A stretch of 64,000 bases of DNA, taken from contig JACOYB010000009.1 of the NCBI GenBank assembly GCA_016182085.1, positions 1,393-65,392 of the forward strand. The letters run 5' to 3'. A program made the position numbers and the translations under genes. The DNA comes from Candidatus Magasanikiibacteriota bacterium. GTDB lineage: Bacteria > Patescibacteriota > Patescibacteriia > Magasanikbacterales > GWA2-37-8. The notes under the pieces were generated by a model that did no database searches, had not been told where the DNA came from, and saw only the letters and a program-made list of their open reading frames with translations. This document shows positions 47,616-59,676 of this stretch, piece after piece; within the stretch, counting starts at the first letter, position 1, and each line of letters opens with the position of its first letter.

Positions 47616-48147
47616 ACATGCGCGCGTTTCTGGCCGAGGAGTGTAAATATTTTAAGAATTTTAAATCAAAAAGATACATCAAAAATAGTAGAATCGAGGA
47701 AAGCAGCACTTCCCAGCCCGTATCTGCCAAAATTTCTTTATACGGTAATCCGGGAAGATTGTAAAAGTAGTTATAGATCGTTAGGAGAAGTATAAATAAT
47801 ATGCGGTATAAGGTAATCCCTAAAGTTGCGGACAGCAGTATCATATATACCGAACGGTTGGTAAGGATATGAAGCTGAAACCAGTTAATTGTCAGAAGGC
47901 TAGCCAGGAGCGCGGAAGTGCCAATGCCAAATGGAATACTGCTTAGCAGCTCCGAAAAGTATGATATAACGAGGCCTAGCCAAAAAATTTTCTTATTGGG
48001 GGCGACAATGAGCAGTAACAACAAGATGACAAAAATAATGTTGATGTGGTTAAAAGGGTATGGCAAAAAATTAACGATAAATATATGCGTTGCCAGAATC
48101 AGGGTTACATATATACAAAGCATGATTACCTTCCATACTATCTTCAT
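47599..48147 (-). CDS. mreD: Rod shape-determining protein MreD (membrane)
   Basis: Position in the mre operon; polytopic membrane protein. Confidence 0.45.
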   Translation of the reverse strand: MKIVWKVIMLCIYVTLILATHIFIVNFLPYPFNHINIIFVILLLLLIVAPNKKIFWLGLVISYFSELLSSIPFGIGTSALLASLLTINWFQLHILTNRSVYMILLSATLGITLYRILFILLLTIYNYFYNLPGLPYKEILADTGWEVLLSSILLFLMYLFDLKFLKYLHSSARNARMYGKNI

Positions 48148-48159
48148 AGGCGGGGAATA

Positions 48160-48960
48160 TTAGTTGGATATCAGGATGCTAACAATGTGGAGTTTGGAAA
48201 GATCGGTGCTGGGTGTAAGTACGGCTTGTTGAAACGGCTGGTAGGCTTCGTTCTCGGCTACAGCCACCTCGCCAATGAGCAGGCCTCGGGGGATGTTTTG
48301 TTCCATGCCCGAAGTAATGATTTGGTCGCCAATGAGCACGGTTTCGTTTCGAGGTATGAAATTCATGCGTATACTGAGTCCGTAACCGCCTTCTACAACT
48401 CCCAAACTGCCATCCTTATTTAAAATTGTGGCGGCAATTTTGCTTTGATTATCGTTAATCAACCGCACCATGGAAATATTTTTTTCAACTTTGGCAATAG
48501 TGCCCACCAAAATCCCCTCTCCAGCAATAACCGGTTGGCCAATTTTTACCCCAGCCTCTTCGCCGGCAGTAATAATTATCATTTTTTCCACGCTACCCGT
48601 GTTTCTTCCCACCACTTCCGCCATGACATGAGCAAAACTACGTTCACTAAGAAAGTTTAATTGTTTTTTTAATTCGGCATTTTCTTGCTCCAACACCTTT
48701 AACTTTGCTTTATCCACCTCGGAATTCTGATTTTTTTCTAAACATGCATTATAATTATCCATGACAGCCTGTTTGTTGGAAACGTATTTAAATGAATCTT
48801 GAAAAGCAAAACGCCAGCCGGTGATTTTGCTGGAGATTGGAATGATTACGGCTTGTACGCCTTGCTCCAAAAATTTTAACCACCCCAAATAATGGAAACC
48901 AATGAGCAGAGCTAAGATAAAACCTAAAAAAAAATAGTTTCTAACCTTAAATCGAAGCAT
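48160..48960 (-). CDS. mreC: Rod shape-determining protein MreC
   Basis: N-terminal TM plus coiled coil 'LKVLEQENAELKKQL', beta domain. Confidence 0.65.
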   Translation of the reverse strand: MLRFKVRNYFFLGFILALLIGFHYLGWLKFLEQGVQAVIIPISSKITGWRFAFQDSFKYVSNKQAVMDNYNACLEKNQNSEVDKAKLKVLEQENAELKKQLNFLSERSFAHVMAEVVGRNTGSVEKMIIITAGEEAGVKIGQPVIAGEGILVGTIAKVEKNISMVRLINDNQSKIAATILNKDGSLGVVEGGYGLSIRMNFIPRNETVLIGDQIITSGMEQNIPRGLLIGEVAVAENEAYQPFQQAVLTPSTDLSKLHIVSILISN

Positions 48961-48973
48961 ACGTTATGATGAT

Positions 48974-50029
48974 TTATAGCGGTGAGTGTTTTTGATTCTG
49001 ATTTTTTATGGAGATTTCACTAAGCAGTTCCTCTTCGTCAAGGAGTATGCCCGCGCCTCGCACCACCGAAGTAAGCGGATCATCAGCGATACGGACGGGA
49101 ATTTCTACGGCTCTGGCAATAAGCTGATCAAAACCTCGTAAGAGCGCGCCACCGCCTGAAAGCACAATGCCTCGCTCATGAATATCGGCAACCAGTTCTG
49201 GCGGCGTAGTTTCCAAAACGCCTTTTATATTTTCAATAATTGCTCTGAGAGATTTAGCGATCGCTTCACGAACTTGCGAATCATTAATCATTACTTCTTT
49301 TGGCAAACCGGAAACAAGATCGCGGCCGCGCATTGGAAAGTGCATTGGCTCATTTAATTCTATAGCTGAGCCGATTTTTATTTTTATTTCCTCGGCTTGT
49401 TTCTCGCCCAAGAGTAAATTAAAGTAATCGCGAGCATACTGAATAATATTTCGGTTTAATTCATCTCCGGCTACGGGAATAGAACGCCAGGTAACAATGC
49501 CGCTTAAAGAAATAACCGCGATCTCGGCCGTACCGCCGCCAATTTCTACGATAAAATTACCAATCGGTTCTCGGATTGGCATACGCGCGCCAATCGCCGC
49601 GGCCATAGGTTCCTGGATTACTATTACTTCCCTGGCACCGGCATTAGTGGCCGCGTCGGTAATGGCTTTTAATTCTACTTCAGTAATTTCCAGAGGCGCC
49701 CCAACCACGACGCGCGGGCGAGTCATAAAATTCATGTTATCTTCGTATACTTTATCAATAAAGTACTTAAGCATTTTTTCCGTAACTTCAAAGTCAGAAA
49801 TAATGCCGTTGATGAGCGGTCTGGTAGTGAGAATATGCGGCGGGGTTTTACCCAACATTTCCTTAGCTTCGTTTCCTACAGCTAAAATTTGTTCGGTTTT
49901 AGTATTGACAGCCACGACACTCGGCTCGTTTATTACCACTCCCCGGCCCTTAACATACACAAGCGTATTTGCGGTGCCTAAATCAATGCCGATATCCTTT
50001 CTTAATTTTCCTAAAATGCCTTCAAACAT
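48974..50029 (-). CDS. mreB: Rod shape-determining protein MreB
   Basis: 'DLGTANTLVYVKGRGVVINEPSVVA' actin-fold motifs. Confidence 0.85.
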   Translation of the reverse strand: MFEGILGKLRKDIGIDLGTANTLVYVKGRGVVINEPSVVAVNTKTEQILAVGNEAKEMLGKTPPHILTTRPLINGIISDFEVTEKMLKYFIDKVYEDNMNFMTRPRVVVGAPLEITEVELKAITDAATNAGAREVIVIQEPMAAAIGARMPIREPIGNFIVEIGGGTAEIAVISLSGIVTWRSIPVAGDELNRNIIQYARDYFNLLLGEKQAEEIKIKIGSAIELNEPMHFPMRGRDLVSGLPKEVMINDSQVREAIAKSLRAIIENIKGVLETTPPELVADIHERGIVLSGGGALLRGFDQLIARAVEIPVRIADDPLTSVVRGAGILLDEEELLSEISIKNQNQKHSPL

Positions 50030-50043
50030 AACTTGTCGTAATT

Positions 50044-50433
50044 CTATCTATTAGTATATTTTCGGTTGGTAAAAATTATTCCTTCTATAGCGATAAAAAT
50101 TAAAATTAGCAAAATCGCGCTCCACCAGGCAAATAAATCTATTTGTAGTAAAAATAACCCGGCCACGATGATTCCGGCCACGAGCAATCCCTGTCTGAAT
50201 GTGGACTTCACGTGGTGAAAAACAACCTGGTCATCCTTAAGGATTATTTTTTTGATAAGGAACCCTATGACGGAAAATGTGCCGGCCAGAGCCAGAAAAA
50301 GACTGCAATAAAAAAATAAAAAACCAAAAAATCCGGCTTGGGTGGGGTCTGTGCTGTTTAAGACAAAGAACCAAGCCAACCAACAGATAAACGCCCCAAT
50401 AGACATTAAAATTAGGTAATATCGCAGGGTCAT
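50044..50433 (-). CDS. Small membrane protein
   Basis: Three or four hydrophobic helices. Confidence 0.3.
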   Translation of the reverse strand: MTLRYYLILMSIGAFICWLAWFFVLNSTDPTQAGFFGFLFFYCSLFLALAGTFSVIGFLIKKIILKDDQVVFHHVKSTFRQGLLVAGIIVAGLFLLQIDLFAWWSAILLILIFIAIEGIIFTNRKYTNR

Positions 50434-50527
50434 AGTGTGTTACGGGTCGGGTTCTAATAGACACTACCCGACCTGATTCTGATGAATCAATTTTAGCTGT
50501 GTTTTGCCAGTTTGGCAAGTCGCCTGT

Positions 50528-50824
50528 TTAAAATAAATATCGCACCTTTTCTATGCTTTGCGCGCCCAATTTATTGTTTGCGAGGGCTACGATTTTTTTC
50601 TCGTTTAGCTTTATTTCTTGGGCCATTACCGAGCTGAGGCAAGTTATAGCGATGGTTTTATCTTTAAAATAAACAGCCTGAGCGAATTTTTTCGCGTTAA
50701 CCCCGAATAATTCCCGTATGGTTTCGTTTGTTTTTTCTACAACAAATGTCGCAGCCACTTGTTTGCCGACCGGTGTTTGTCCCATGTGTTTTTTTAAAAT
50801 TTCTCCCAAAGATTTCATGGACAT
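50528..50824 (-). CDS. DUF721/DciA-like protein (putative replicative-helicase loader)
   Basis: 'MSMKSLGEILKKHM…VYFKDKTIAITCLSSVMAQEIKLNEKKIVALANNKLG…IEKVRYL' fits the DUF721 pattern. Start is trimmed to avoid overlap with the upstream helicase gene. Confidence 0.5.
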   Translation of the reverse strand: MSMKSLGEILKKHMGQTPVGKQVAATFVVEKTNETIRELFGVNAKKFAQAVYFKDKTIAITCLSSVMAQEIKLNEKKIVALANNKLGAQSIEKVRYLF

Positions 50825-50828
50825 ATAA

Positions 50829-53771
50829 TTAGGCTCTAAATTGACAAATATCTCTAAAATCACAGCGTTTGCAAACATGAGGGCTCGGCGTGGCGGTGAA
50901 ATCCTGCGAATTAATCTTATCAATGGCCATAACAACTTTTTCTTTTAATTTTTCTATGTCTTTTTCATTTCCTAAAAAGGAAACTTTTAAATTATCGTTG
51001 AGATAAAAATACGTGAGACGTTCCGGCGCGCCGATGTTTTTATATTCGGGCAGTTCATTGACTGCTATTTGATAAAGCAACAATTGGTCCTTATCTTCGC
51101 TCTCAAGTTTTTCTTTGCCATTTCCAGTCTTGTAATCTATAATTTCCAGCTGTCCGTTTGGAAGCTGGTCTATCCTGTCAATGCGGCCATTTACCAAATA
51201 ATTTCCGATTTTTATTTTAAACCATCCTTCCAGAGAAATTGGGATGGTCCAATTATCCTTTTCAGTATTATAAAAGGTCTGTAGAATTTCTTTGCCCAGT
51301 TTATAATATTCCTCTCGTTGCGCTTTGCTTTTATACCAATCGTCAATCCAAGCCGCTTCATAAAAATTAAACAACTCCTGCAGACTTGGCGCTTTTACGC
51401 CATTACTTGATGGCTCCACTTTTTCCGGCAGAGCAAATAACGATGTTTGCGTAGCCCTATTTAAGTCTTTTAACCGTTCATAAAATTTTTGTAAGGCAGA
51501 GTGAATGCTTTGGCCAAAACTGAAACTGGCATTGCCTTTGGTGGGGATTTTCAAAACATGCGCCAATTTATATTGATACGGACAAGTGCGATAGGATTTT
51601 ATTTGGGAAAAAGAAAAAACTTTTGGCAGTTCATAGATAAATTCACCCTTTTCTTTATTTTTTGAAGGAATTGAGATTTTTAAAGGCTCTTTTTTTCCCG
51701 CCTCTTTTTCTAACACGCTAAACTCTATCTCTGGCAGAAAACGGGAGATTTTTTTTGTTTTTACGCCGCCATAATCATCGGCGCTGGTTAGATATAATCG
51801 TTCTTTGGCTCTGGTCATGGCCACATAAAACAACCTGCGCTCTTCTTGATAATGACTATCACCGCTCGGCATCTGTTCTTTAATAAGCGCCGCCGGAATT
51901 TCTATCGGTTCGCCGCGGCGGCGTCCGGGAAATCTGTCTTCTACCAAGTTCACGACAAAAACATATTTAAATTCCAACCCTTTGGATTTATGCACCGTAA
52001 TGATATTTACCGAATCGGGAGTTTCGGTTGGTTGATACATGGCGCCTAAATCGCCGGATTCCATGATGTAGTTTAAGTGCTCTAAGAAACTCGCAACATG
52101 CGCTCCGGGTGTGGAATTTTCAAAGCCGCCCATATATTCAAAAAATTCTTTCAACTGGTAAATTTGCCGAATCACTTCCCTGTTTTGATCTACCTCCTCT
52201 TTGGCCAAATATTCCAACAGGCCGCTATCCTGAAGAAAATGAAAAAGTACGGTAGTTGGTTTCTCATTTTTGGCGTTCTGCATTCCCGCATGGATAACAG
52301 TTAACAATTTATCTGCGGCGGCGATGCCATTTGACGACAAGCCAAACTCCACCGCTCGTTTTAAGGCTTCATAGAAAGAAATACTTTTCCTTTTCGCGTT
52401 AAAAGTTATTTTTTGAATATCGTGATCATCCATTTTCCAGATCGGCATCAGCAGCAACCGAAAAATCGCGCTTGATTCCCGATAATTATCCAGCAGTTTA
52501 AAAAAATTGATGCAGTCCAGCACTAGCGGTTGGCGATACAAGCCTGATGCCGCCAGAAATTCGTATGGTATCCCCGCCTTTTCCAGCGCCGAAATAAATG
52601 GTTCGCTATGGTTATTGGCGCGCACCAGGATCGCAAAATCATCCCAGGCCGCTTCTTTATCCGTATCTTTTATTTTCTTAATTTCTTCAATGACCGAACG
52701 TACCTCTTGATCGAGTGTGGCAGAATGCAGATGCACCACGCTTTTACCTTTTGAAGCTGAAGTTTTGCTTGAATTTACGAGTTTTTTATTTACCTGCAAT
52801 TTTACTTCCAGCCTATCTGGATTATTATGCTGTATTAATTTATACGCGCTATCCAAAATTTCCTGGCGGGAACGATAATTTTCATTCAATACAATCTCTT
52901 GGGCTTTGGGAAAATCATCCTTGAATCGTAAAATATTAGACACCGAAGCGCCTCTAAACGCATAGATACTCTGATCATCATCACCTACTACCGTAAGTTG
53001 TGAATTTGAACCCGTAAGCAGCCGTACCAATTGATATTGCGCCCAATTTACGTCCTGAAATTCATCCACTAAAATATATTTGAATCTATTTTGAAGCAGT
53101 TTCAAAATTGCCGGACGTTCTTTTAATAATTTAATGGTATAAAAAATAAGATCGGCAAAATCCAGATAATTATTGTCCAAAAGCAATTGGTTGTAAACAT
53201 GGTAGGCGTTTGCAAGTTCAGCCAAGCGATTTTTCTCTTCAATTTCCGCGTTGTCCGTATCGGCTTGCAACTCTTGAACATAACGCAAATAATCGGCCGG
53301 TGTAATTAATTCGTCCTTGCATTTTTGAAAGTGAGAAATGAGGGTATGGATATGATTGGTCGGATTTCCAAGCGAACGATAATAATCCAAGTTAAATTTA
53401 TCCAAATTTTGCCGTACCAGCAGCCAGGCATCTACTTCGGTAAGCAGCTTAAATTTATTGCTGATACCGATATCTAATCCATACTCCTCTAGAATTTTTT
53501 GGCAAAAGGAGTGAAACGTGGAGATTTGCAGATCTACATAACCAATCCCTACTTCCGCGTCCACCCTATCAAACATCTCTGCCGCGGCCTTTTCGGTAAA
53601 CGTGAGCGCTAAAATTTCACTGGTCTTGGCCAGTTTATTTTGTAGAATATGAAAAATTTTTTGAGTAATTACCGTGGTTTTACCGGTACCTGCGCCCGCG
53701 ACAATAATAAGCGGTCCGGATACGTATTCTACCGCCTGTTTCTGTGAGGGATTTAATTTATAATTAGCCAT
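50829..53771 (-). CDS. UvrD/PcrA-family helicase fused to a C-terminal Cas4/AddB-like PD-(D/E)XK nuclease with a Cys cluster
   Basis: 'AGAGTGKTTV' Walker A and UvrD motifs. C-terminal 'CPYQYK…IIDYKTG…CKRCDFRDIC' gives the C…CxxCx5C pattern. Confidence 0.7.
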   Translation of the reverse strand: MANYKLNPSQKQAVEYVSGPLIIVAGAGTGKTTVITQKIFHILQNKLAKTSEILALTFTEKAAAEMFDRVDAEVGIGYVDLQISTFHSFCQKILEEYGLDIGISNKFKLLTEVDAWLLVRQNLDKFNLDYYRSLGNPTNHIHTLISHFQKCKDELITPADYLRYVQELQADTDNAEIEEKNRLAELANAYHVYNQLLLDNNYLDFADLIFYTIKLLKERPAILKLLQNRFKYILVDEFQDVNWAQYQLVRLLTGSNSQLTVVGDDDQSIYAFRGASVSNILRFKDDFPKAQEIVLNENYRSRQEILDSAYKLIQHNNPDRLEVKLQVNKKLVNSSKTSASKGKSVVHLHSATLDQEVRSVIEEIKKIKDTDKEAAWDDFAILVRANNHSEPFISALEKAGIPYEFLAASGLYRQPLVLDCINFFKLLDNYRESSAIFRLLLMPIWKMDDHDIQKITFNAKRKSISFYEALKRAVEFGLSSNGIAAADKLLTVIHAGMQNAKNEKPTTVLFHFLQDSGLLEYLAKEEVDQNREVIRQIYQLKEFFEYMGGFENSTPGAHVASFLEHLNYIMESGDLGAMYQPTETPDSVNIITVHKSKGLEFKYVFVVNLVEDRFPGRRRGEPIEIPAALIKEQMPSGDSHYQEERRLFYVAMTRAKERLYLTSADDYGGVKTKKISRFLPEIEFSVLEKEAGKKEPLKISIPSKNKEKGEFIYELPKVFSFSQIKSYRTCPYQYKLAHVLKIPTKGNASFSFGQSIHSALQKFYERLKDLNRATQTSLFALPEKVEPSSNGVKAPSLQELFNFYEAAWIDDWYKSKAQREEYYKLGKEILQTFYNTEKDNWTIPISLEGWFKIKIGNYLVNGRIDRIDQLPNGQLEIIDYKTGNGKEKLESEDKDQLLLYQIAVNELPEYKNIGAPERLTYFYLNDNLKVSFLGNEKDIEKLKEKVVMAIDKINSQDFTATPSPHVCKRCDFRDICQFRA

Positions 53772-53922
53772 ATCTTCTACCTGTTTAGCACAATAAAAAC
53801 AGCCTTTTGGCTGTGTTTATTATAAGCGAAATGAGTGAGAGAAGCAAGAAATTTATTTCATTGATTCCGAGCGAACGAGTTTATACCGAAGGTATAGTTT
53901 AACTACGTTTTTTTGACAATCT

Positions 53923-54111
53923 TTACCCCCGTTTATCAATACATTCACAACCGCAGCTTTCATCACAACCGCAACAACGCACGCATACACTTTCGTTACA
54001 TAAACAAGAGTCGTTCATTTCCTCCAGCATAGTTCTACATTGTTGGCATTTTTCCATAATTTTTAATGTTGAGCTCAAGTATGAAAATGTGTTTTCATAC
54101 CTGCGAAACAT
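53923..54111 (-). CDS. Small cysteine-rich peptide (11 Cys in the last 44 aa)
   Basis: …MEKCQQCRTMLEEMNDSCLCNESVCVRCCGCDESCGCECIDKRG; the start may be the internal Met at 54057. Confidence 0.35.
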   Translation of the reverse strand: MFRRYENTFSYLSSTLKIMEKCQQCRTMLEEMNDSCLCNESVCVRCCGCDESCGCECIDKRG

Positions 54112-54142
54112 GCTAAAAGTTGATTAAATAAATTAAGTTTGT

Positions 54143-54691
54143 TTATATTTTTATTTTTGCTTTATCATTTTTAATAAAAATATCGCCTACGTCATAATTC
54201 ATTTTTTGCGGCTGCTGTTCCGGTCTGTATAAAACAACCCGTACATCCATTTTTGATAGTTTTATTTCTGAGTTATGCCGACTTGCTTTCTGTAAAGCAA
54301 AATCCTGCATAGCATGATAATTAGCGATCTGTTCTTTGTCAAGGTTTTGCAGCGGCATCCCCAAAGCTCCAAATACCACTACTCCGCCTTCTTTCTCATA
54401 TATACTCTGCAGTGTTTTTAGGGTGGGTAATAAATTTTGCTCTATAAAACCACTTGTATCATTTGTAATGATGGTAGGAATTTTTTCCAAAAGAAGCCCT
54501 TGGGCAAGCTGACCGCTAAAATATGATTTTCCCACATTTGCATCGTCAATATCCAATCCCCCCACTGCTACGGCAACATACTTTTGAGATTCAAGCAGTT
54601 CTTTAATACGACGCGCAGTTTCTTTCAAACCATCCTCAAAAGAGAATTCTTTTACCTCTTTGAATTTCTCACGGGAATTGCCTGTTTCCAT
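54143..54691 (-). CDS. Hypothetical protein
   Basis: 182-aa ORF immediately upstream of the Cys-rich peptide on the same strand. Confidence 0.3.
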   Translation of the reverse strand: METGNSREKFKEVKEFSFEDGLKETARRIKELLESQKYVAVAVGGLDIDDANVGKSYFSGQLAQGLLLEKIPTIITNDTSGFIEQNLLPTLKTLQSIYEKEGGVVVFGALGMPLQNLDKEQIANYHAMQDFALQKASRHNSEIKLSKMDVRVVLYRPEQQPQKMNYDVGDIFIKNDKAKIKI

Positions 54692-54692
54692 A

Positions 54693-55109
54693 TTATGGTA
54701 ATTTACGATACTTTTTTACAACTTTTAATTTATTTAATTCCCTATCAATAACAGCTTGCAGCTTAGCATAATCCACGTCTTGCGCGTTTTTAAGGTTTGC
54801 CATCTGCTCTTCGGCTCTGGCCCGCGCTTCTTCGGCTTTATCTATATCTATTTCGGCCACTCTCTGCGCGTGATCTGCCAAAATTACAATTTCATTTTTG
54901 CCTCTTACTTCCAAAAATCCTCCGGAAACCGCCATCTGCTGCTGGCCTTCTTTATCCTTAAATTTTAATTCACCGGCTTTGAGAACAGAGATAAGCGGAA
55001 TATGATTTGGCAGAACCGTAATCTCACCCTCCATAGTAGGAATAGTAACTTGAAAAATTTCATTTTCGTAAATTGTTTTTTCCGGTGTTACGATTTTGAA
55101 TTTTAACAT
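54693..55109 (-). CDS. atpC: F-type ATP synthase epsilon subunit
   Basis: Beta-sandwich plus helical hairpin; operon position. Confidence 0.8.
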   Translation of the reverse strand: MLKFKIVTPEKTIYENEIFQVTIPTMEGEITVLPNHIPLISVLKAGELKFKDKEGQQQMAVSGGFLEVRGKNEIVILADHAQRVAEIDIDKAEEARARAEEQMANLKNAQDVDYAKLQAVIDRELNKLKVVKKYRKLP

Positions 55110-55119
55110 AAGTTTTTAG

Positions 55120-55300
55120 TTTGTCATTGTGACTACAACCTTTTGGTCTACACGTTCCCGTAGTTGTCATTCCCATCGAAATGGGAATCCAGTCGACAAT
55201 TGTCTGGATTCCCGCTTTGGCGGGAATGACAATATATGGACAAAGATTCCTCACACAAGAGCCTGCCCTGAGCTTGTCGAATGGGTTCGGAATGACAGTG
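55120..55300. repeat. Cluster of hairpin repeats (subfamily B plus partial copies) between atpC and atpD
   Basis: 'gtcattcccatcgaaatgggaatccagtcgacaattgtctggattcccgctttggcgggaatgacaat', plus flanking 'ttgtcattg…' and '…ttcggaatgacag'. Confidence 0.65.
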
Positions 55301-55304
55301 AATG

Positions 55305-56708
<1,404 letters not shown>

Positions 56709-56725
56709 TTAATTAAACTTCTTGG

Positions 56726-56802
56726 TTGTCATCCTGAACGGAGTGAAGGATCTCTTTTGTTCGGACTGGAGGGATTCTTCGCAAAGCTTCAGAATGACAA
56801 TT
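56726..56802. repeat. Hairpin repeat (back-to-back arms) between atpD and atpG
   Basis: 'ttgtcatcctgaacggagtgaaggatctcttttgttcggactggagggattcttcgcaaagcttcagaatgacaa'. Confidence 0.7.
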
Positions 56803-56810
56803 GAAAAAAT

Positions 56811-57710
56811 TTACTCTAGCGCCATTGCCCCACCGGCGATTTCTGCAATCTCTTGGGTGATGCCCGCTTGTCTGGCTTTATTAAATGTTAGATTCAGTTC
56901 GCTTATCATATCTTTGGCTGCTTCGGATGCGTTTTTCATAGCTACCATGCGGCTGCTATGTTCGCTGGCCGAAGATTCTAACATTGTTTGATAAATTTGG
57001 GTTTCTACCAGTCTTGGTAAAATTATTTTTAAAACATCCAGTCTATTTGGCTCAAATAAATAATCAGTTAGATTATTTTTAACAACAGTTTTATCATCAG
57101 ACAATTCGGTTATCTCGGCTAGAGTTTTTTCCAAATCCGATTCGGATATTGGCAAAACTTGTCTTAGTCTGGCTGTTTGCACCAGCGCTGATTTAAAATC
57201 CGTATAAGCGACAATTACTTTGTCATAGGATTTCTTCTCATAAGCATCTATTACCATTTTGGCAATTGGCAGCGCGTCGTCAAAATTTGGCGTATCAGTC
57301 ATGTTGGTAAAGGCAGCGGTAAGATTGTAGCCCATTTTTTTGGCAAAATCAGCACCTTTCTTACCAATACCAACTACATCAACCGCGGCTTTTTCTCTAG
57401 TCATTTGCGCGGCTGTTTTCTTGATAATATTGGCATTAAAACTGCCGCACAAACCGCGATTAGAGGTAATAATAATCATTAGGATTTTTTCTACTGGCCT
57501 GGTAGCTAAAAGCGGCACTTGTTCTTTTTGAGTTTTGGAAAGATCAACCAAAAGTTCCCAAGCCAAACCGGCATAGGCGCGCGTGTCTATAGCCGCGTTT
57601 ACCGCTTTGCGCATTTTGGCAGCCGCAATCATCTCCATGGCTTTGGTAATTTTTTTGGTACTGCCAATGGATTTGAGACGACGCTTAATTACTTTTGTAT
57701 TAATTGCCAT
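56811..57710 (-). CDS. atpG: F-type ATP synthase gamma subunit
   Basis: Terminal coiled-coil helices; operon position. Confidence 0.85.
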   Translation of the reverse strand: MAINTKVIKRRLKSIGSTKKITKAMEMIAAAKMRKAVNAAIDTRAYAGLAWELLVDLSKTQKEQVPLLATRPVEKILMIIITSNRGLCGSFNANIIKKTAAQMTREKAAVDVVGIGKKGADFAKKMGYNLTAAFTNMTDTPNFDDALPIAKMVIDAYEKKSYDKVIVAYTDFKSALVQTARLRQVLPISESDLEKTLAEITELSDDKTVVKNNLTDYLFEPNRLDVLKIILPRLVETQIYQTMLESSASEHSSRMVAMKNASEAAKDMISELNLTFNKARQAGITQEIAEIAGGAMALE

Positions 57711-57773
57711 AGGTCATGATACATAATACTCACAGCATGATGCTCAGATGTATCGTGCTGCGTGAATTGTGAT

Positions 57774-59270
57774 TTATGATTTAAATTGTCCGCAAGCATC
57801 TTTTAGTTCAGCTTCTACTTTTTCATCCCACTCACCCGCTTCTAATTTCGCTAGCAGCACTCCTTTTGATTTTTCCAAAAAGGCATGCAAGCCATTTTCC
57901 CATTCCTTCATATCTTTTACAGCTACAGCGCTAGCAAAACCATTACTTACCGCATAAATTACTGCCACTTGTTGAGAAACAGAAACTGGCTCATACTGTG
58001 GCTGCTTCAATACTTCGGCTAGTCTCTGGCCAAGGTCAATCTGGTTTTTTGTTTCTGCGTCCAAATCAGAAGAAAATTGCGCAAAGGCTTCCATTTCACG
58101 GAATTGGGCCATAGCTAATTTTAATTTACCAGCAACTTTTTTCATTGGTTTGATTTGAGCGGCTCCGCCAACGCGTGATACAGACACGCCTACATTTAAA
58201 GCCGGGCGAATACCTTTGTAGAATAAATCTGTTTCCAAGAAAATTTGACCATCGGTGATGGAAATTACGTTGGTTGGAATATAGGCAGAAATATCACCGG
58301 CTTGAGTTTCAATAATAGGAAGCGCGGTAATAGAGCCTCCGCCGGATTCTTGATTGCGGCGGCAAGATCTTTCTAGTAAGCGGGAGTGTAAATAAAATAC
58401 ATCACCAGGGTAAGCTTCACGGCCCGGTGGTCTGCGAAGCAAGAGAGAAATTTCGCGGTATGCCCAAGCTTGTTTAGTCAAATCATCATACACACACAAT
58501 ACATCTTTACCTTTATCCATAAAGTATTCGGCCATTGCTACACCAGAGTACGGAGCGATATAAGACATGGCAGCTGGCTGGGATGCGCCGGCTACAACTA
58601 CGATTGTATATTCCATTGCACCAGCTTCTTTTAGTTTGGCCACAATACGAGCAACTTTGGATTCTTTCTGACCAACAGCCACATAGACACAAATAATATC
58701 TTTACCTTTTTGATTAATAATTGCATCTATTGCCACCGCGGTTTTACCGGTCTGGCGGTCGCCAATGATAAGCTCGCGCTGACCGCGGCCGATGGGAATA
58801 AGAGCGTCAATCGCTTTGATGCCGGTCTGCAATGGCTGAGTTACCGGTTCTCTAGTCATTACACCCGGAGCGATTTTTTCAATTGGCGCAAACTTACCGG
58901 TTTTGATTTCTTTGCCTCCGTCTATGGCTTGGCCAAGCGGGTTTACCACCCTGCCTACCAGCTCGTCTCCAACCGGTACAGACAAAATTCTGTTTGTTCG
59001 TTTTACCGTATCCCCTTCTTTAATATGTCGGTATTCGCCGAGTAACACACAGCCAATGGTTTCTTCTTCCAGGTTTAAGGCTAATCCGTAAGTTGTTTCT
59101 TCACCGGATCCAAACTCAATCATTTCACTCGCTTGGCATTTGGAAAGCCCCGAAAGACGAGCGATGCCGTCGCCTACTTCTATAACTTTGCCGGTTTCTT
59201 CTTTTTCGGTTTCTTTTTGGAAGAGTGAAATATTTTTCTTAATCTCTTCAACAATGTTATTTGTGGACAT
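57774..59270 (-). CDS. atpA: F-type ATP synthase alpha subunit
   Basis: 'GDRQTGKTA' P-loop. Confidence 0.9.
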   Translation of the reverse strand: MSTNNIVEEIKKNISLFQKETEKEETGKVIEVGDGIARLSGLSKCQASEMIEFGSGEETTYGLALNLEEETIGCVLLGEYRHIKEGDTVKRTNRILSVPVGDELVGRVVNPLGQAIDGGKEIKTGKFAPIEKIAPGVMTREPVTQPLQTGIKAIDALIPIGRGQRELIIGDRQTGKTAVAIDAIINQKGKDIICVYVAVGQKESKVARIVAKLKEAGAMEYTIVVVAGASQPAAMSYIAPYSGVAMAEYFMDKGKDVLCVYDDLTKQAWAYREISLLLRRPPGREAYPGDVFYLHSRLLERSCRRNQESGGGSITALPIIETQAGDISAYIPTNVISITDGQIFLETDLFYKGIRPALNVGVSVSRVGGAAQIKPMKKVAGKLKLAMAQFREMEAFAQFSSDLDAETKNQIDLGQRLAEVLKQPQYEPVSVSQQVAVIYAVSNGFASAVAVKDMKEWENGLHAFLEKSKGVLLAKLEAGEWDEKVEAELKDACGQFKS

Positions 59271-59285
59271 ATTCGGTAGTTTAAT

Positions 59286-59675
59286 TTATTTGATTAAGGC
59301 TTGTTTTAATTTGTATAATTGGGTTTTGAGACTGGCATCATGGACCGTATCATCAATTTTTATTCGTATGCCGCCAAGTATTTGTTTGTTTATTTTTTGG
59401 GTTATTTCAGATTTGGCGCCAAATGTATTTATAATCTTTTCCCTGGTTTTCTCGTCAAGTTCGCGCGTAGTTTCTACTTCTATGGTTTTTATACCCGACT
59501 GTTTTTTAGAATAGCTGATAAAATCTTCAAGAATATAGTCTATTTTTTTAAGTTTATTGTACTTTTGCAGCGTAATAAAAAACTGTTTCACAACTTGCGG
59601 CAAGCTTTCCGCCGGTAAACTTTTCGTAACTTCGTACAGGGCTTTGGCAAATTGTAAATTACTTTGCTTTCGCAT
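59286..59675 (-). CDS. atpH: F-type ATP synthase delta (OSCP) subunit, short form
   Basis: Operon position; helical; 129 aa. Confidence 0.6.
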   Translation of the reverse strand: MRKQSNLQFAKALYEVTKSLPAESLPQVVKQFFITLQKYNKLKKIDYILEDFISYSKKQSGIKTIEVETTRELDEKTREKIINTFGAKSEITQKINKQILGGIRIKIDDTVHDASLKTQLYKLKQALIK

Positions 59676-59676
59676 A

